This document shows positions 28,707-37,063 of a DNA stretch of 64,000 bases, one piece after another (within the stretch, counting starts at the first letter, position 1; each line of letters opens with the position of its first letter). The notes beneath the pieces are model-generated. The model did no database searches. It saw nothing but the letters and a program-made list of their open reading frames with translations, and was not told the origin of the DNA. The translations under genes were made by a program, and so were the position numbers. The stretch lies in sequence record SRR31156797_1634. The stretch is one strand, 5' to 3'.

Positions 28707-29333
28707 GTGAGCGTTGGAATCGACCTCGACAATACTATAATCTGCTACGACAATTCCTTACATGGGATTGCCGTGGAACGAGGTTTAATTCCAAATGACC
28801 TACCTAGAATAAAAAGAATTATTCGAGACACAGTACGCGCAGCACACGGTGATATTGAATGGCAAAAACTACAAATAGCCATTTATGGGACTCACATGGA
28901 TCGTGCAGAATTAATGCCCGGAGTCTGGGAGTTTTTACTTAATTTAAAGGAACGCGGCATAAAGTTTCAAATCGTCAGCCACAAGACCCGCTACCCGAAC
29001 TACGGAGACAACAAAATTGATCTGCGCACAGCAGCACTGAATTTCCTACGCCAGCATAATTTCTTTGCTGAATCAGGATTGGGATTGACTGAAGGTGATG
29101 TTTTCTTCCTGTCCACAAGGGCGGAAAAAATTACGACCATTTGTAAATTAAAATGCTCCCTTTTCATCGATGATCTCAAAGAACTCTATCTCGAACAGGA
29201 TTTCCCGAAACTGAGTGCCAAGATACTTTTCTCTTCAGAACAAAATCTCGATATTTCCGGCGTGACCGTGCTGCCCGATTTTAATCAGATAGATAAATTC
29301 ATTTTTAAGGGGATTGCGGATGGTAAATTCTGA
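28707..29333 (+). CDS. HAD-superfamily phosphatase
   Basis: GIDLDNT motif I, VSHK, FIDD. Confidence 0.75.
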   Translation: MSVGIDLDNTIICYDNSLHGIAVERGLIPNDLPRIKRIIRDTVRAAHGDIEWQKLQIAIYGTHMDRAELMPGVWEFLLNLKERGIKFQIVSHKTRYPNYGDNKIDLRTAALNFLRQHNFFAESGLGLTEGDVFFLSTRAEKITTICKLKCSLFIDDLKELYLEQDFPKLSAKILFSSEQNLDISGVTVLPDFNQIDKFIFKGIADGKF

Positions 29334-30351
29334 CCCTAAAAGACTAATCTGCCGTCTGACCAAAGAGATTCCTGTCAAGTCTGAGCGCATCCGTGCCGGA
29401 CGCAACAGCCGAATTTATCGCGTTAATTGTGAGTCCGGAAAGACCCTGCTGACAAAATTTTACATTCAACCCACGGCTGACGGACGCAGCAGACTTGACC
29501 AGGAATGGACCGCCCTGAAGCTCATGACCGAATCAGGACTCAAGAACATCCCCCGTCCGCTGGAATTCGACGACCCTATTCAGGGAGCAATTTATTCTTT
29601 CATCCCCGGGAATCCTGTTAATGAGACAACAAATCAAGACATTCTGGAAGTTGTCTCATTTCTCGCCAAGCTCAAAGAAATTTCCAGTCTACCGACAGCA
29701 ATAAAACTGCCCCGCGCTGCCGAAGCCTGTTTTTCGCCCACAGAACTGGTGGAAAATATCAGACAGAGGCTTAAAAAATTACAAGCTCTACCCGCAAAAG
29801 ACGAAATCTATCAGCGCATGCATTCATTCCTTGAAAACAGATTCTCTACTGAACTTGAAAGGTGCGCAGACAATGCAAAACAGCATTTCCCCGCTGAATT
29901 ATGGACTGAACCGCTCCCACAGAGGCAGAGAACTCTCAGTCCATCCGATTTTGGGTTCCACAATGCGCTGCGCACTGAAGACGGACTCGCTTTTGTGGAT
30001 TTTGAATATTTCGGCTGGGATGATCCGGTAAAAGCAACTTCGGATTTTTTGCTTCATCCGGCAATGGATTTGCGTACAAGCCAGATAAAATATTTCTTTG
30101 CGGGTATGAAAGAAATTTTTATAAATGATACAAATTTCACCACCCGTTTCAAAATATACCTGCCCCTGTTTCGCTTAAAGTGGTGCATGATCCTGCTAAA
30201 CGAATTTATAAACCACCATCTTGAACGACGGGAATTCGCCAGCGGAGGCGTCGGCTGGCGAGAGGGCCTGCGCGCGCAGCAGCTTGAAAAGACTCAGAAT
30301 TTCCTTAATAAGGATCAAAAGATACTAACCGCACTGAATTTGCGGAATTAA
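29320..30351 (+). CDS. APH/choline-kinase-family phosphotransferase
   Basis: GRNSRIY, SPSDFGFHNAL, FVDFEYFGWDDP. Confidence 0.8.
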   Translation: MVNSDPKRLICRLTKEIPVKSERIRAGRNSRIYRVNCESGKTLLTKFYIQPTADGRSRLDQEWTALKLMTESGLKNIPRPLEFDDPIQGAIYSFIPGNPVNETTNQDILEVVSFLAKLKEISSLPTAIKLPRAAEACFSPTELVENIRQRLKKLQALPAKDEIYQRMHSFLENRFSTELERCADNAKQHFPAELWTEPLPQRQRTLSPSDFGFHNALRTEDGLAFVDFEYFGWDDPVKATSDFLLHPAMDLRTSQIKYFFAGMKEIFINDTNFTTRFKIYLPLFRLKWCMILLNEFINHHLERREFASGGVGWREGLRAQQLEKTQNFLNKDQKILTALNLRN

Positions 30352-30367
30352 TATATCGGAGAAAAAA

Positions 30368-31174
30368 TTGGACCAGCGCTCTAAACAGCTCAGAAAAAAA
30401 ATAGTGGATGTCCTCCACCATGCCGGACGCGGTCATATCGGACCATCAATGTCCTTGGTGGAAATGCTACGCGTGCTTTATGATTCGGTTTTGAAATATG
30501 ATCCCGCCAATCCACAATGGGCGCAGCGGGACCGTTTCATCCTCAGCAAAGGACACGGCTGTCTTGCCCTTTACGTGTTGCTGGCTGAAAAAGGATTCAT
30601 CAGTGAGCAAGAACTGCTCAGCTTCTGCTCCTTTGACGGTTTGCTGGGCGGTCATCCTACAACCAAAACTCCGGGAGTGGAATTCGCTACCGGAAGTCTC
30701 GGACATGGTTTATCTCTCGCTGTGGGCGTTGCCTCCGCGCTTAAAATCGACAAATCGGAAAGCCGTATTTTAACAGTTCTAGGTGATGGTGAATGTGGAG
30801 AAGGTTCGGTATGGGAAGCGGCCATGAGCGCATCCCGCCAGAAACTATCCAACCTGACCGCTATTGTAGATTACAACAAACTGCAATCCTACGGTCCCAC
30901 TGAAGAAATTTCCGGGCTGGAACCTTTTGCCGACAAATGGAAAAGTTTCGGTTTTGCTGTACGCGAAGTGGACGGACACGATGTAACCGCGCTGGGACAA
31001 ACATTCGCAGAACTTCCCTTTGCCGAAGGCAAACCGTCAGCCATCATCTGCCACACAGTCAAAGGCAAGGGCATCCCCTTTGCCGAAGGCAATCCCAACT
31101 GGCACCACAAAACAAAAATGTCCGATGAAGACCACGCCCGGATGATCAAAAGCATTGAGGATTACCATGCGTAA
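30368..31174 (+). CDS. Transketolase, N-terminal subunit, pair 2
   Basis: GHIGPSMS, DRFILSKGH, GSLGHG, GDGE...DYN; TTG start. Confidence 0.92.
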   Translation: MDQRSKQLRKKIVDVLHHAGRGHIGPSMSLVEMLRVLYDSVLKYDPANPQWAQRDRFILSKGHGCLALYVLLAEKGFISEQELLSFCSFDGLLGGHPTTKTPGVEFATGSLGHGLSLAVGVASALKIDKSESRILTVLGDGECGEGSVWEAAMSASRQKLSNLTAIVDYNKLQSYGPTEEISGLEPFADKWKSFGFAVREVDGHDVTALGQTFAELPFAEGKPSAIICHTVKGKGIPFAEGNPNWHHKTKMSDEDHARMIKSIEDYHA

Positions 31175-32087
31175 AGCTTGTCTGGAACAGGTCTATCAAC
31201 TGGCAAAAAGAGATGAGCGGGTAGTCTTCGTAGGCTCCGACCTTGGCGCGGGCACCCTCTCACATTTTCAGGATGAAATGCCTGAACGTTTTTTCATGGA
31301 AGGGATTGCCGAAGCACACGCTGTAGGCATGGCCTGCGGTCTGGCTCACGAAGGCAAGGTAGTTTACGTGAACACCATCCAGAGTTTCCTGACCCGGCGC
31401 TGCTACGAACAACTTTTGCTTGATGCCTGTTTGCACAATTTAAATGTACGCTTCATCGGCAACGGCGGAGGTCTGGTCTATGCCCCGCTCGGCCCCACCC
31501 ACTGGGCCACCGAAGATATTTCCATCCTGCGGGTTATTCCCAACTTGACCGTGCTTTCCCCGGCGGATGCAAAAGAAATGGACCGGATCATGCCCCACAC
31601 CTTAGACCATCAAGGACCGATTTTTATCCGCCTTGCCAAAGGCTACGACCCCATCGTCACCGAAGAAAAATATTTTGAAATCGGCAAAGCTTATCCGTAC
31701 CGTGAAGGCAAAGATGTGCTGCTCATTGGTTGCGGGGTCATGCTGGGCATCATAAAACAAGCCGGAGAACTGCTGAAAGAAGCTGGAATCGAAGCATCCA
31801 TACTGCATCTGCCGACCATCAAACCGTTGGACAATGAAGCAATAATTTCACGGGCACGGGAAACACGGGCGGTCATAACCGTGGAAGAGAACACCACTCT
31901 CGGCGGACTTGGCAGCGCAGTGGCGGAAATCCTCGCAGAAGCATGCCTGCCCAATCCTCTGCGCATGAAACGGATTGGCTTACCGGACTCATTCAGCGAA
32001 AATTACGGTTCACAGCTCCAACACTTCGCTCATAACGGCCTGACAGCTGAAAACATATTTATAGAAGCCCGCAAATTACTCATTTAG
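31167..32087 (+). CDS. Transketolase, C-terminal subunit, pair 2
   Basis: SDLGAG, GIAEAH, LGPTHW, EEN..GGLG; ATG 31167 after GAGG. Confidence 0.92.
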   Translation: MRKACLEQVYQLAKRDERVVFVGSDLGAGTLSHFQDEMPERFFMEGIAEAHAVGMACGLAHEGKVVYVNTIQSFLTRRCYEQLLLDACLHNLNVRFIGNGGGLVYAPLGPTHWATEDISILRVIPNLTVLSPADAKEMDRIMPHTLDHQGPIFIRLAKGYDPIVTEEKYFEIGKAYPYREGKDVLLIGCGVMLGIIKQAGELLKEAGIEASILHLPTIKPLDNEAIISRARETRAVITVEENTTLGGLGSAVAEILAEACLPNPLRMKRIGLPDSFSENYGSQLQHFAHNGLTAENIFIEARKLLI

Positions 32088-32092
32088 AAGTT

Positions 32093-32722
32093 TTGCCAAA
32101 TACAATGATAAGACTATCACCGCACATGGCATACAACCTGAAGAAGGACCCTAAACGGCTGGCATTCGTGCTGGCCCGCTACTCCTTTGCGGCCCAGATA
32201 ACCGCGGACTGCGCCAGTATCCTTGAACTGGGCTGTAGCGAAGGTATAGGAGCTTCCATGCTCCACGGAGGCACCAAAACATATCTCGGCCTCGATCTAG
32301 ACACCCCGGCCATTGAAGCGGCCCAGCGCAATTTTGGAAACGAGAAGGTGCGCTTTGAAAATGAAAATTTCCTGCACATGGATGAGGGCAAATTCGAAGC
32401 TGTGGTCAGCCTTGATGTGATCGAACATATTTCAAAAGGCGAAGATGAAGCGGCATTCTTCAATGCAGTGCGCGATAACATCACCGAGAACGGAGTCTGC
32501 GTCATCGGCACCCCGAACATTACCAGCACCCCCTATGCCTCACCGGAAAGTATACGCGGTCACGTAAATATGTTTGATGCCACACGGCTTAAATCCACTA
32601 TGGAGCAGCATTTCAGCAACGTGTTCATATTTTCCATGAACGACGAAGTTATTCATACCGGCTATCATCCCATGGCTCATTATCTGTTCGCCGTAGGTTG
32701 CAACAAAATCATCGAGAAATAG
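32093..32722 (+). CDS. Class I SAM-dependent methyltransferase
   Basis: LELGCSEGIG, LDVIEH, IGTPN. Confidence 0.82.
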   Translation: MPNTMIRLSPHMAYNLKKDPKRLAFVLARYSFAAQITADCASILELGCSEGIGASMLHGGTKTYLGLDLDTPAIEAAQRNFGNEKVRFENENFLHMDEGKFEAVVSLDVIEHISKGEDEAAFFNAVRDNITENGVCVIGTPNITSTPYASPESIRGHVNMFDATRLKSTMEQHFSNVFIFSMNDEVIHTGYHPMAHYLFAVGCNKIIEK

Positions 32723-32724
32723 TC

Positions 32725-33330
32725 ATGATAAATACTACAGAAAATCCAGAAAAACACTGGAAAAAAATGATCGATGAATTCGGGGACGAGCATGCTCCAC
32801 TAACTCCAAAATTGGCACAGTCATTTGCAAGTGATCCTTATGGCTTAATGGAACAGATTTCATGGTTCAAGTTCGCAGGCAAGATGATCAGCAAAAATCA
32901 ACGCGTACTGGTCTATGATCATCTGGAAGGACTGGGAGGCTGGACCGTAGCTTGTGAAACAGGTCCGGTGGTCGCAGTTCTTGAGGAGCTCGATCCAGTG
33001 GATGAAATCCGCTCTGCATGGCCTGATGATAAAATCATATTTGAAAAACATGATGAGATCCTGCGCTCCGCAAAAGACGAATTTGATGGTCTGGTCCGCT
33101 TTGATCCACATGGCAATATGAACGAAACGCAGTGGGAATCCTTTATTGCAGATAGCGCAAAAATACTGCGCGAAAGTGGTGTTCTCATTGCTGGAAGCAA
33201 AAATGACAAAGAATTCACTTTCATAAAAGCAGCGGCCAAAAAACATTTCAACCACGTTTTCTGTTTCGGTAAGGGACACCCTCATCCACTCATCACCCCG
33301 GCAAATGCAACCATCATTTTGGCCTGTTAA
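32725..33330 (+). CDS. Degenerate methyltransferase-like protein (paralog of upstream gene)
   Basis: DP..L.....F.FA, EGLG, G..I.G, HF.HVF.F align with the 32093 protein; SAM glycine loop altered. Confidence 0.55.
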   Translation: MINTTENPEKHWKKMIDEFGDEHAPLTPKLAQSFASDPYGLMEQISWFKFAGKMISKNQRVLVYDHLEGLGGWTVACETGPVVAVLEELDPVDEIRSAWPDDKIIFEKHDEILRSAKDEFDGLVRFDPHGNMNETQWESFIADSAKILRESGVLIAGSKNDKEFTFIKAAAKKHFNHVFCFGKGHPHPLITPANATIILAC

Positions 33331-33342
33331 GAGGATATCTGT

Positions 33343-34002
33343 ATGAGAAATCTACTAAATCTGGTCACTCCACTGCACACTTCCACTAAACGCGAATATC
33401 TGCCGCGTATGGTTGATGAGAAAGTAGAGTGTATGCTCAAAGCCAAGGAATATGAATTCGATTACTGGGATGGTGACCGCCGCTTTGGATACGGGGGCTA
33501 CCATTATCTTGCAGGCTACTGGACCCCGGTAGCTGAAAACCTGATCGAGACTTACAGACTTGAAAAGGGAGCACGAATTTTGGACGTGGGCTGCGGCAAG
33601 GCTTTCCTGCTTTATGAACTGCATAAGCTGGGTATGGAAGTACACGGCTTTGATATTTCCCGACACGGACTTGAGTGCGCAAAGGATGAAATCAAAGAAA
33701 ACCTGTTCATCCAACGAGCCGAAGAGCCTTTCCCTTATGCTGAGGGCGAATTTGATCTGGTTATCTCCATCAATTCACTGCACAATTTACCCGTATTCAA
33801 TCTCAAGAAAACACTTAACGAAATGGAACGGGTAGGCCGCAATAAATATCTTTGCGTAGAAAGCTTCCGAAATGAACAGGAATTGTTTAACCTCCAATGC
33901 TGGGCCCTGACCTGTGAGTCTTTTTTTAGTAAAGAAGAATGGGAATGGCTTTTCAACGAATTTAACTATTCCGGTGACTACGAATTTATCTACTTCGAAT
34001 AA
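33343..34002 (+). CDS. Class I SAM-dependent methyltransferase (YWDGDRR.GYGGY family)
   Basis: LDVGCGKAF, SINSLHNL, WALTC. Confidence 0.85.
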   Translation: MRNLLNLVTPLHTSTKREYLPRMVDEKVECMLKAKEYEFDYWDGDRRFGYGGYHYLAGYWTPVAENLIETYRLEKGARILDVGCGKAFLLYELHKLGMEVHGFDISRHGLECAKDEIKENLFIQRAEEPFPYAEGEFDLVISINSLHNLPVFNLKKTLNEMERVGRNKYLCVESFRNEQELFNLQCWALTCESFFSKEEWEWLFNEFNYSGDYEFIYFE

Positions 34003-34014
34003 ACGAGGGACGAC

Positions 34015-35082
34015 ATGCAGCTATACACCAACCTTAAAATTTTCCATTACCAGCACAAACTAGACTCACTGCCCCCGGAATCGGAGCAGACTGAAGCGCC
34101 CCTGCACATCCGTATTAAACCTACCAATGCCTGCAACCACAGTTGTACTTACTGCGCCTACCGCAATCCCAACCTGCAACTGGGGCAGGACATGGCCATT
34201 GCTGACCGCATTCCGGCTGCGAAAATGAAAGAAATTGTCAACGACTGCATTGAAATGGGTGTAAAAGCGGTAACTTTCAGCGGCGGAGGCGAACCGCTCT
34301 GCTACCCGCAACTTGCAACTTCTGCCCGCACTTTAGCCGAGGACGGAGTCAGCATCGCCACCCTGACCAATGGCGGTCTGCTGCACGGTGAAGTCGCTGA
34401 AGTTTTTTCCTCCATGGGCACATGGATCAGGATTTCCATGGATGGCTGGGACGGGCCAAGTTATGCTCGTTTTCGTTCCGTGGATAATGATGAATTTTCC
34501 AAGATCATGACCAACATTGAAAATTTCAAAAAACTGGGCGGTAATTGTTTTCTGGGCGTGAGCTATGTGATCAACCGCGACAATGCCGAACATGTTTTTG
34601 CCATGGCTCGTCAGCTTAAAGACGCAGGAGTGGACAGCATCAAATTCTCTGCCTGCGTGGTCAGCAATGACGGACATGAAAACAACCGCTACCACGCACC
34701 CGTATTCGGCAGAATCAAAGAACAAACCCAACGCGCCGTAAGCGAACTCCAAGACAACGGATTCGAAGTCTTTGATGCCTATCACGAACTGGATGAAAAA
34801 TTCTCCAAATCCTATGAGTGGTGCCCGTATCAACAGATACTCCCGGTAATTGGGGCGGATCAGCGTGTCTACTCCTGTCAGGATAAGGCCTACAATCTTG
34901 ATTGCGGTGTTCTTGGCTCCATCAAGGACGTGCGCTTCAAGGATTTCTGGTTCAATAATCGCGATAAATTCTTCAAGATCAATCCCGCAGAACATTGCAA
35001 CCACCATTGCGTTTCCAATGGCAAGAACATGCTGGTTCACGATTACCTGAATGCCAATCCAGACCATCTACCCTTTGTTTAA
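34015..35082 (+). CDS. Radical SAM enzyme with Twitch/SPASM domain
   Basis: CNHSCTYC, FSGGGEP, LTNG; C-terminal CPYQQ...YSC...LGSI...CNHHC. Confidence 0.88.
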   Translation: MQLYTNLKIFHYQHKLDSLPPESEQTEAPLHIRIKPTNACNHSCTYCAYRNPNLQLGQDMAIADRIPAAKMKEIVNDCIEMGVKAVTFSGGGEPLCYPQLATSARTLAEDGVSIATLTNGGLLHGEVAEVFSSMGTWIRISMDGWDGPSYARFRSVDNDEFSKIMTNIENFKKLGGNCFLGVSYVINRDNAEHVFAMARQLKDAGVDSIKFSACVVSNDGHENNRYHAPVFGRIKEQTQRAVSELQDNGFEVFDAYHELDEKFSKSYEWCPYQQILPVIGADQRVYSCQDKAYNLDCGVLGSIKDVRFKDFWFNNRDKFFKINPAEHCNHHCVSNGKNMLVHDYLNANPDHLPFV

Positions 35083-35097
35083 CGGGTGCAAGACTCC

Positions 35098-37038
35098 ATG
35101 AAAATTTTGGTTATCGGAGACGGTGCGCTGGGCAAGGCAATCGCGCAGCAAATAAAAAAACGCGGACACAAAATATCACAGACTTCGCGCAAGAATTCGC
35201 AACTTATTCCTTTAGAATTGAAAAATGAACACGAGTTCACCAATCTTCCAAGCGCGAATTGGGCTGTTATTGCCGCAGGAATTTCCGGTTACAAAGAATG
35301 TGCTGATTACCCTGAATCGCGAGAGATTAATGTAGACCGCACAATTGAACTCTGCCGGTTTCTGCTCAGCCGGGGAACCAAAATTCTATTCCCTTCCAGC
35401 ACAGCTGTCTTTGACGGAGAAAAAAAATTTCCAAGACCAAACACTCTCACCTGCCCTGCTACGGAATATGGTCGCCAGAAAGCAGAAGTGGAAAATTTTC
35501 TAGGTCAGTACCCTGATCAGACCGCCATCGTGCGTCTGACCAAACTTCTGGATCACAACACACTGCTCGTTGCCGGCTGGTTGAAAAATCTCGCTGCCGG
35601 ACAAGAAATCACTCCATTCAAAGACCTGACCATCGCCCCTGTGCTCTTTGAAGATGCGGCCTTTGCCTGCTGTAAGATCATGGAAAATGGTAATAGCGGG
35701 ATATTTCATTGTTCAAGCCCACAAGAAATCAACTACCTTGAATTCGGACGGATGCTCTGCGAGCAATCAGGGTTTGATTCCGAACTTATCAAGCCTGCCA
35801 GCTGCAAAGGATTTCTTGACTACTGCCCAGTTCATTGCGGCCTTGATTCAAGTTCCACCGAACAACTAATCCAATTCAAATTTCCCGATCCAGAGCAGGT
35901 CATCGCAAAACTGCTGCAACCCCGCTGCCTGCTCTGCGGAAGTCTCAATCTGTATCACTTTGATAAATTTAAAGATTTTCCAGGGATAACTTCGGACTGC
36001 AAGCCATGGCCGCGTTCCGGGGAGTTCATGCTCTGCAGGGAATGCGGGCACCCTCAGAAAAGACTTTCCGCGCAATGGTTCAAGGACATCAACGAAATCT
36101 ATTCCGGGTATGAGATGTATCCCTTAAGCTCGGGCAATGAGCCACTCATCTTTGATGAAAAGGGTGAAGGCTGTCCACGTAGTGGTGTTCTGCTAGGCAA
36201 ACTCATTCCTGCACTTTCTCTACCCGAAGAAGGAAACGTGCTGGATGTGGGCTGCGGCAACGGGAGCCTGCTGCAACAGTTTCATCTACGCCGCCCCGGA
36301 TGGAAGTTATACGGACATGAGCAATCGGCCCAACGTGAAGAAATTCTGCATCTTCCCGGAGTTCATGGTTTCTATTCCGGACCGCTATCAAATATTGATC
36401 GCAAATTCGACCTGATCACCATGACCTACGTCATTGAGCACCTGACTGATCCGCTGGACGTGCTCAAGCAACTTACCGGACTGCTCCGCGAGGGCGGACG
36501 AATCATGGTCCATACCTCATCTTTTGAGGACAATCCATTTGACCTCATGGTCTGTGATCACTGTTCTCACTTCACCCCGGGAACACTGCAATTTCTGGCA
36601 GCAGAGGCCGGACTTAAAATAACCGGGCGTACCGATCCATGGCTGGCTAAAGAAATCGGCTTCATCGCCCTCAAAGGTCCACACCAGCATACCCCGGCCC
36701 GAATTACCAAAAATCTGCAAAGCATGACAGACTCACTCAGTTGGCTGGATCAACTAGCCTGCAAAACACAGCAGGCCAGCGTAAAACAAGAAGTGGGAAT
36801 CTTCGGCACTGCCGTAGCGGGGACATGGCTGGCGGCCTCCCTTGAAAAGACATCCTTTTATGTTGATGAAGACCCGTCCAGACAAGGCCAGACTCACATG
36901 AGTTTGCCTATCATCGGCCCTGCTCAAGTTCCGCAGGGAGCGGCGGTAATCATGGGATTCAACAAAGAATTGGGAACACGTATTGCCGAGCGACTGAATG
37001 GTTGCTATCCCCAAATAAATTTCATTATCCCGGACTGA
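35098..37038 (+). CDS. RmlD-like NDP-sugar reductase fused to Zn-binding C-methyltransferase-like module
   Basis: IGDGALG, SSTAVFDG, YGRQK; CLLC...CREC; LDVGCGNG, VIEH; IFGT..AG...YVDED; GTG 35086 is an alternative start. Confidence 0.75.
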   Translation: MKILVIGDGALGKAIAQQIKKRGHKISQTSRKNSQLIPLELKNEHEFTNLPSANWAVIAAGISGYKECADYPESREINVDRTIELCRFLLSRGTKILFPSSTAVFDGEKKFPRPNTLTCPATEYGRQKAEVENFLGQYPDQTAIVRLTKLLDHNTLLVAGWLKNLAAGQEITPFKDLTIAPVLFEDAAFACCKIMENGNSGIFHCSSPQEINYLEFGRMLCEQSGFDSELIKPASCKGFLDYCPVHCGLDSSSTEQLIQFKFPDPEQVIAKLLQPRCLLCGSLNLYHFDKFKDFPGITSDCKPWPRSGEFMLCRECGHPQKRLSAQWFKDINEIYSGYEMYPLSSGNEPLIFDEKGEGCPRSGVLLGKLIPALSLPEEGNVLDVGCGNGSLLQQFHLRRPGWKLYGHEQSAQREEILHLPGVHGFYSGPLSNIDRKFDLITMTYVIEHLTDPLDVLKQLTGLLREGGRIMVHTSSFEDNPFDLMVCDHCSHFTPGTLQFLAAEAGLKITGRTDPWLAKEIGFIALKGPHQHTPARITKNLQSMTDSLSWLDQLACKTQQASVKQEVGIFGTAVAGTWLAASLEKTSFYVDEDPSRQGQTHMSLPIIGPAQVPQGAAVIMGFNKELGTRIAERLNGCYPQINFIIPD

Positions 37039-37063
37039 TACCTCCCACTTACAAGGAATACTT

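Noticed and set aside
29320-30351. Aminoglycoside resistance gene or hygromycin-like antibiotic cluster
   Set aside because: No aminotransferase, cyclitol synthase or exporter in the operon; surrounded by surface-glycan genes
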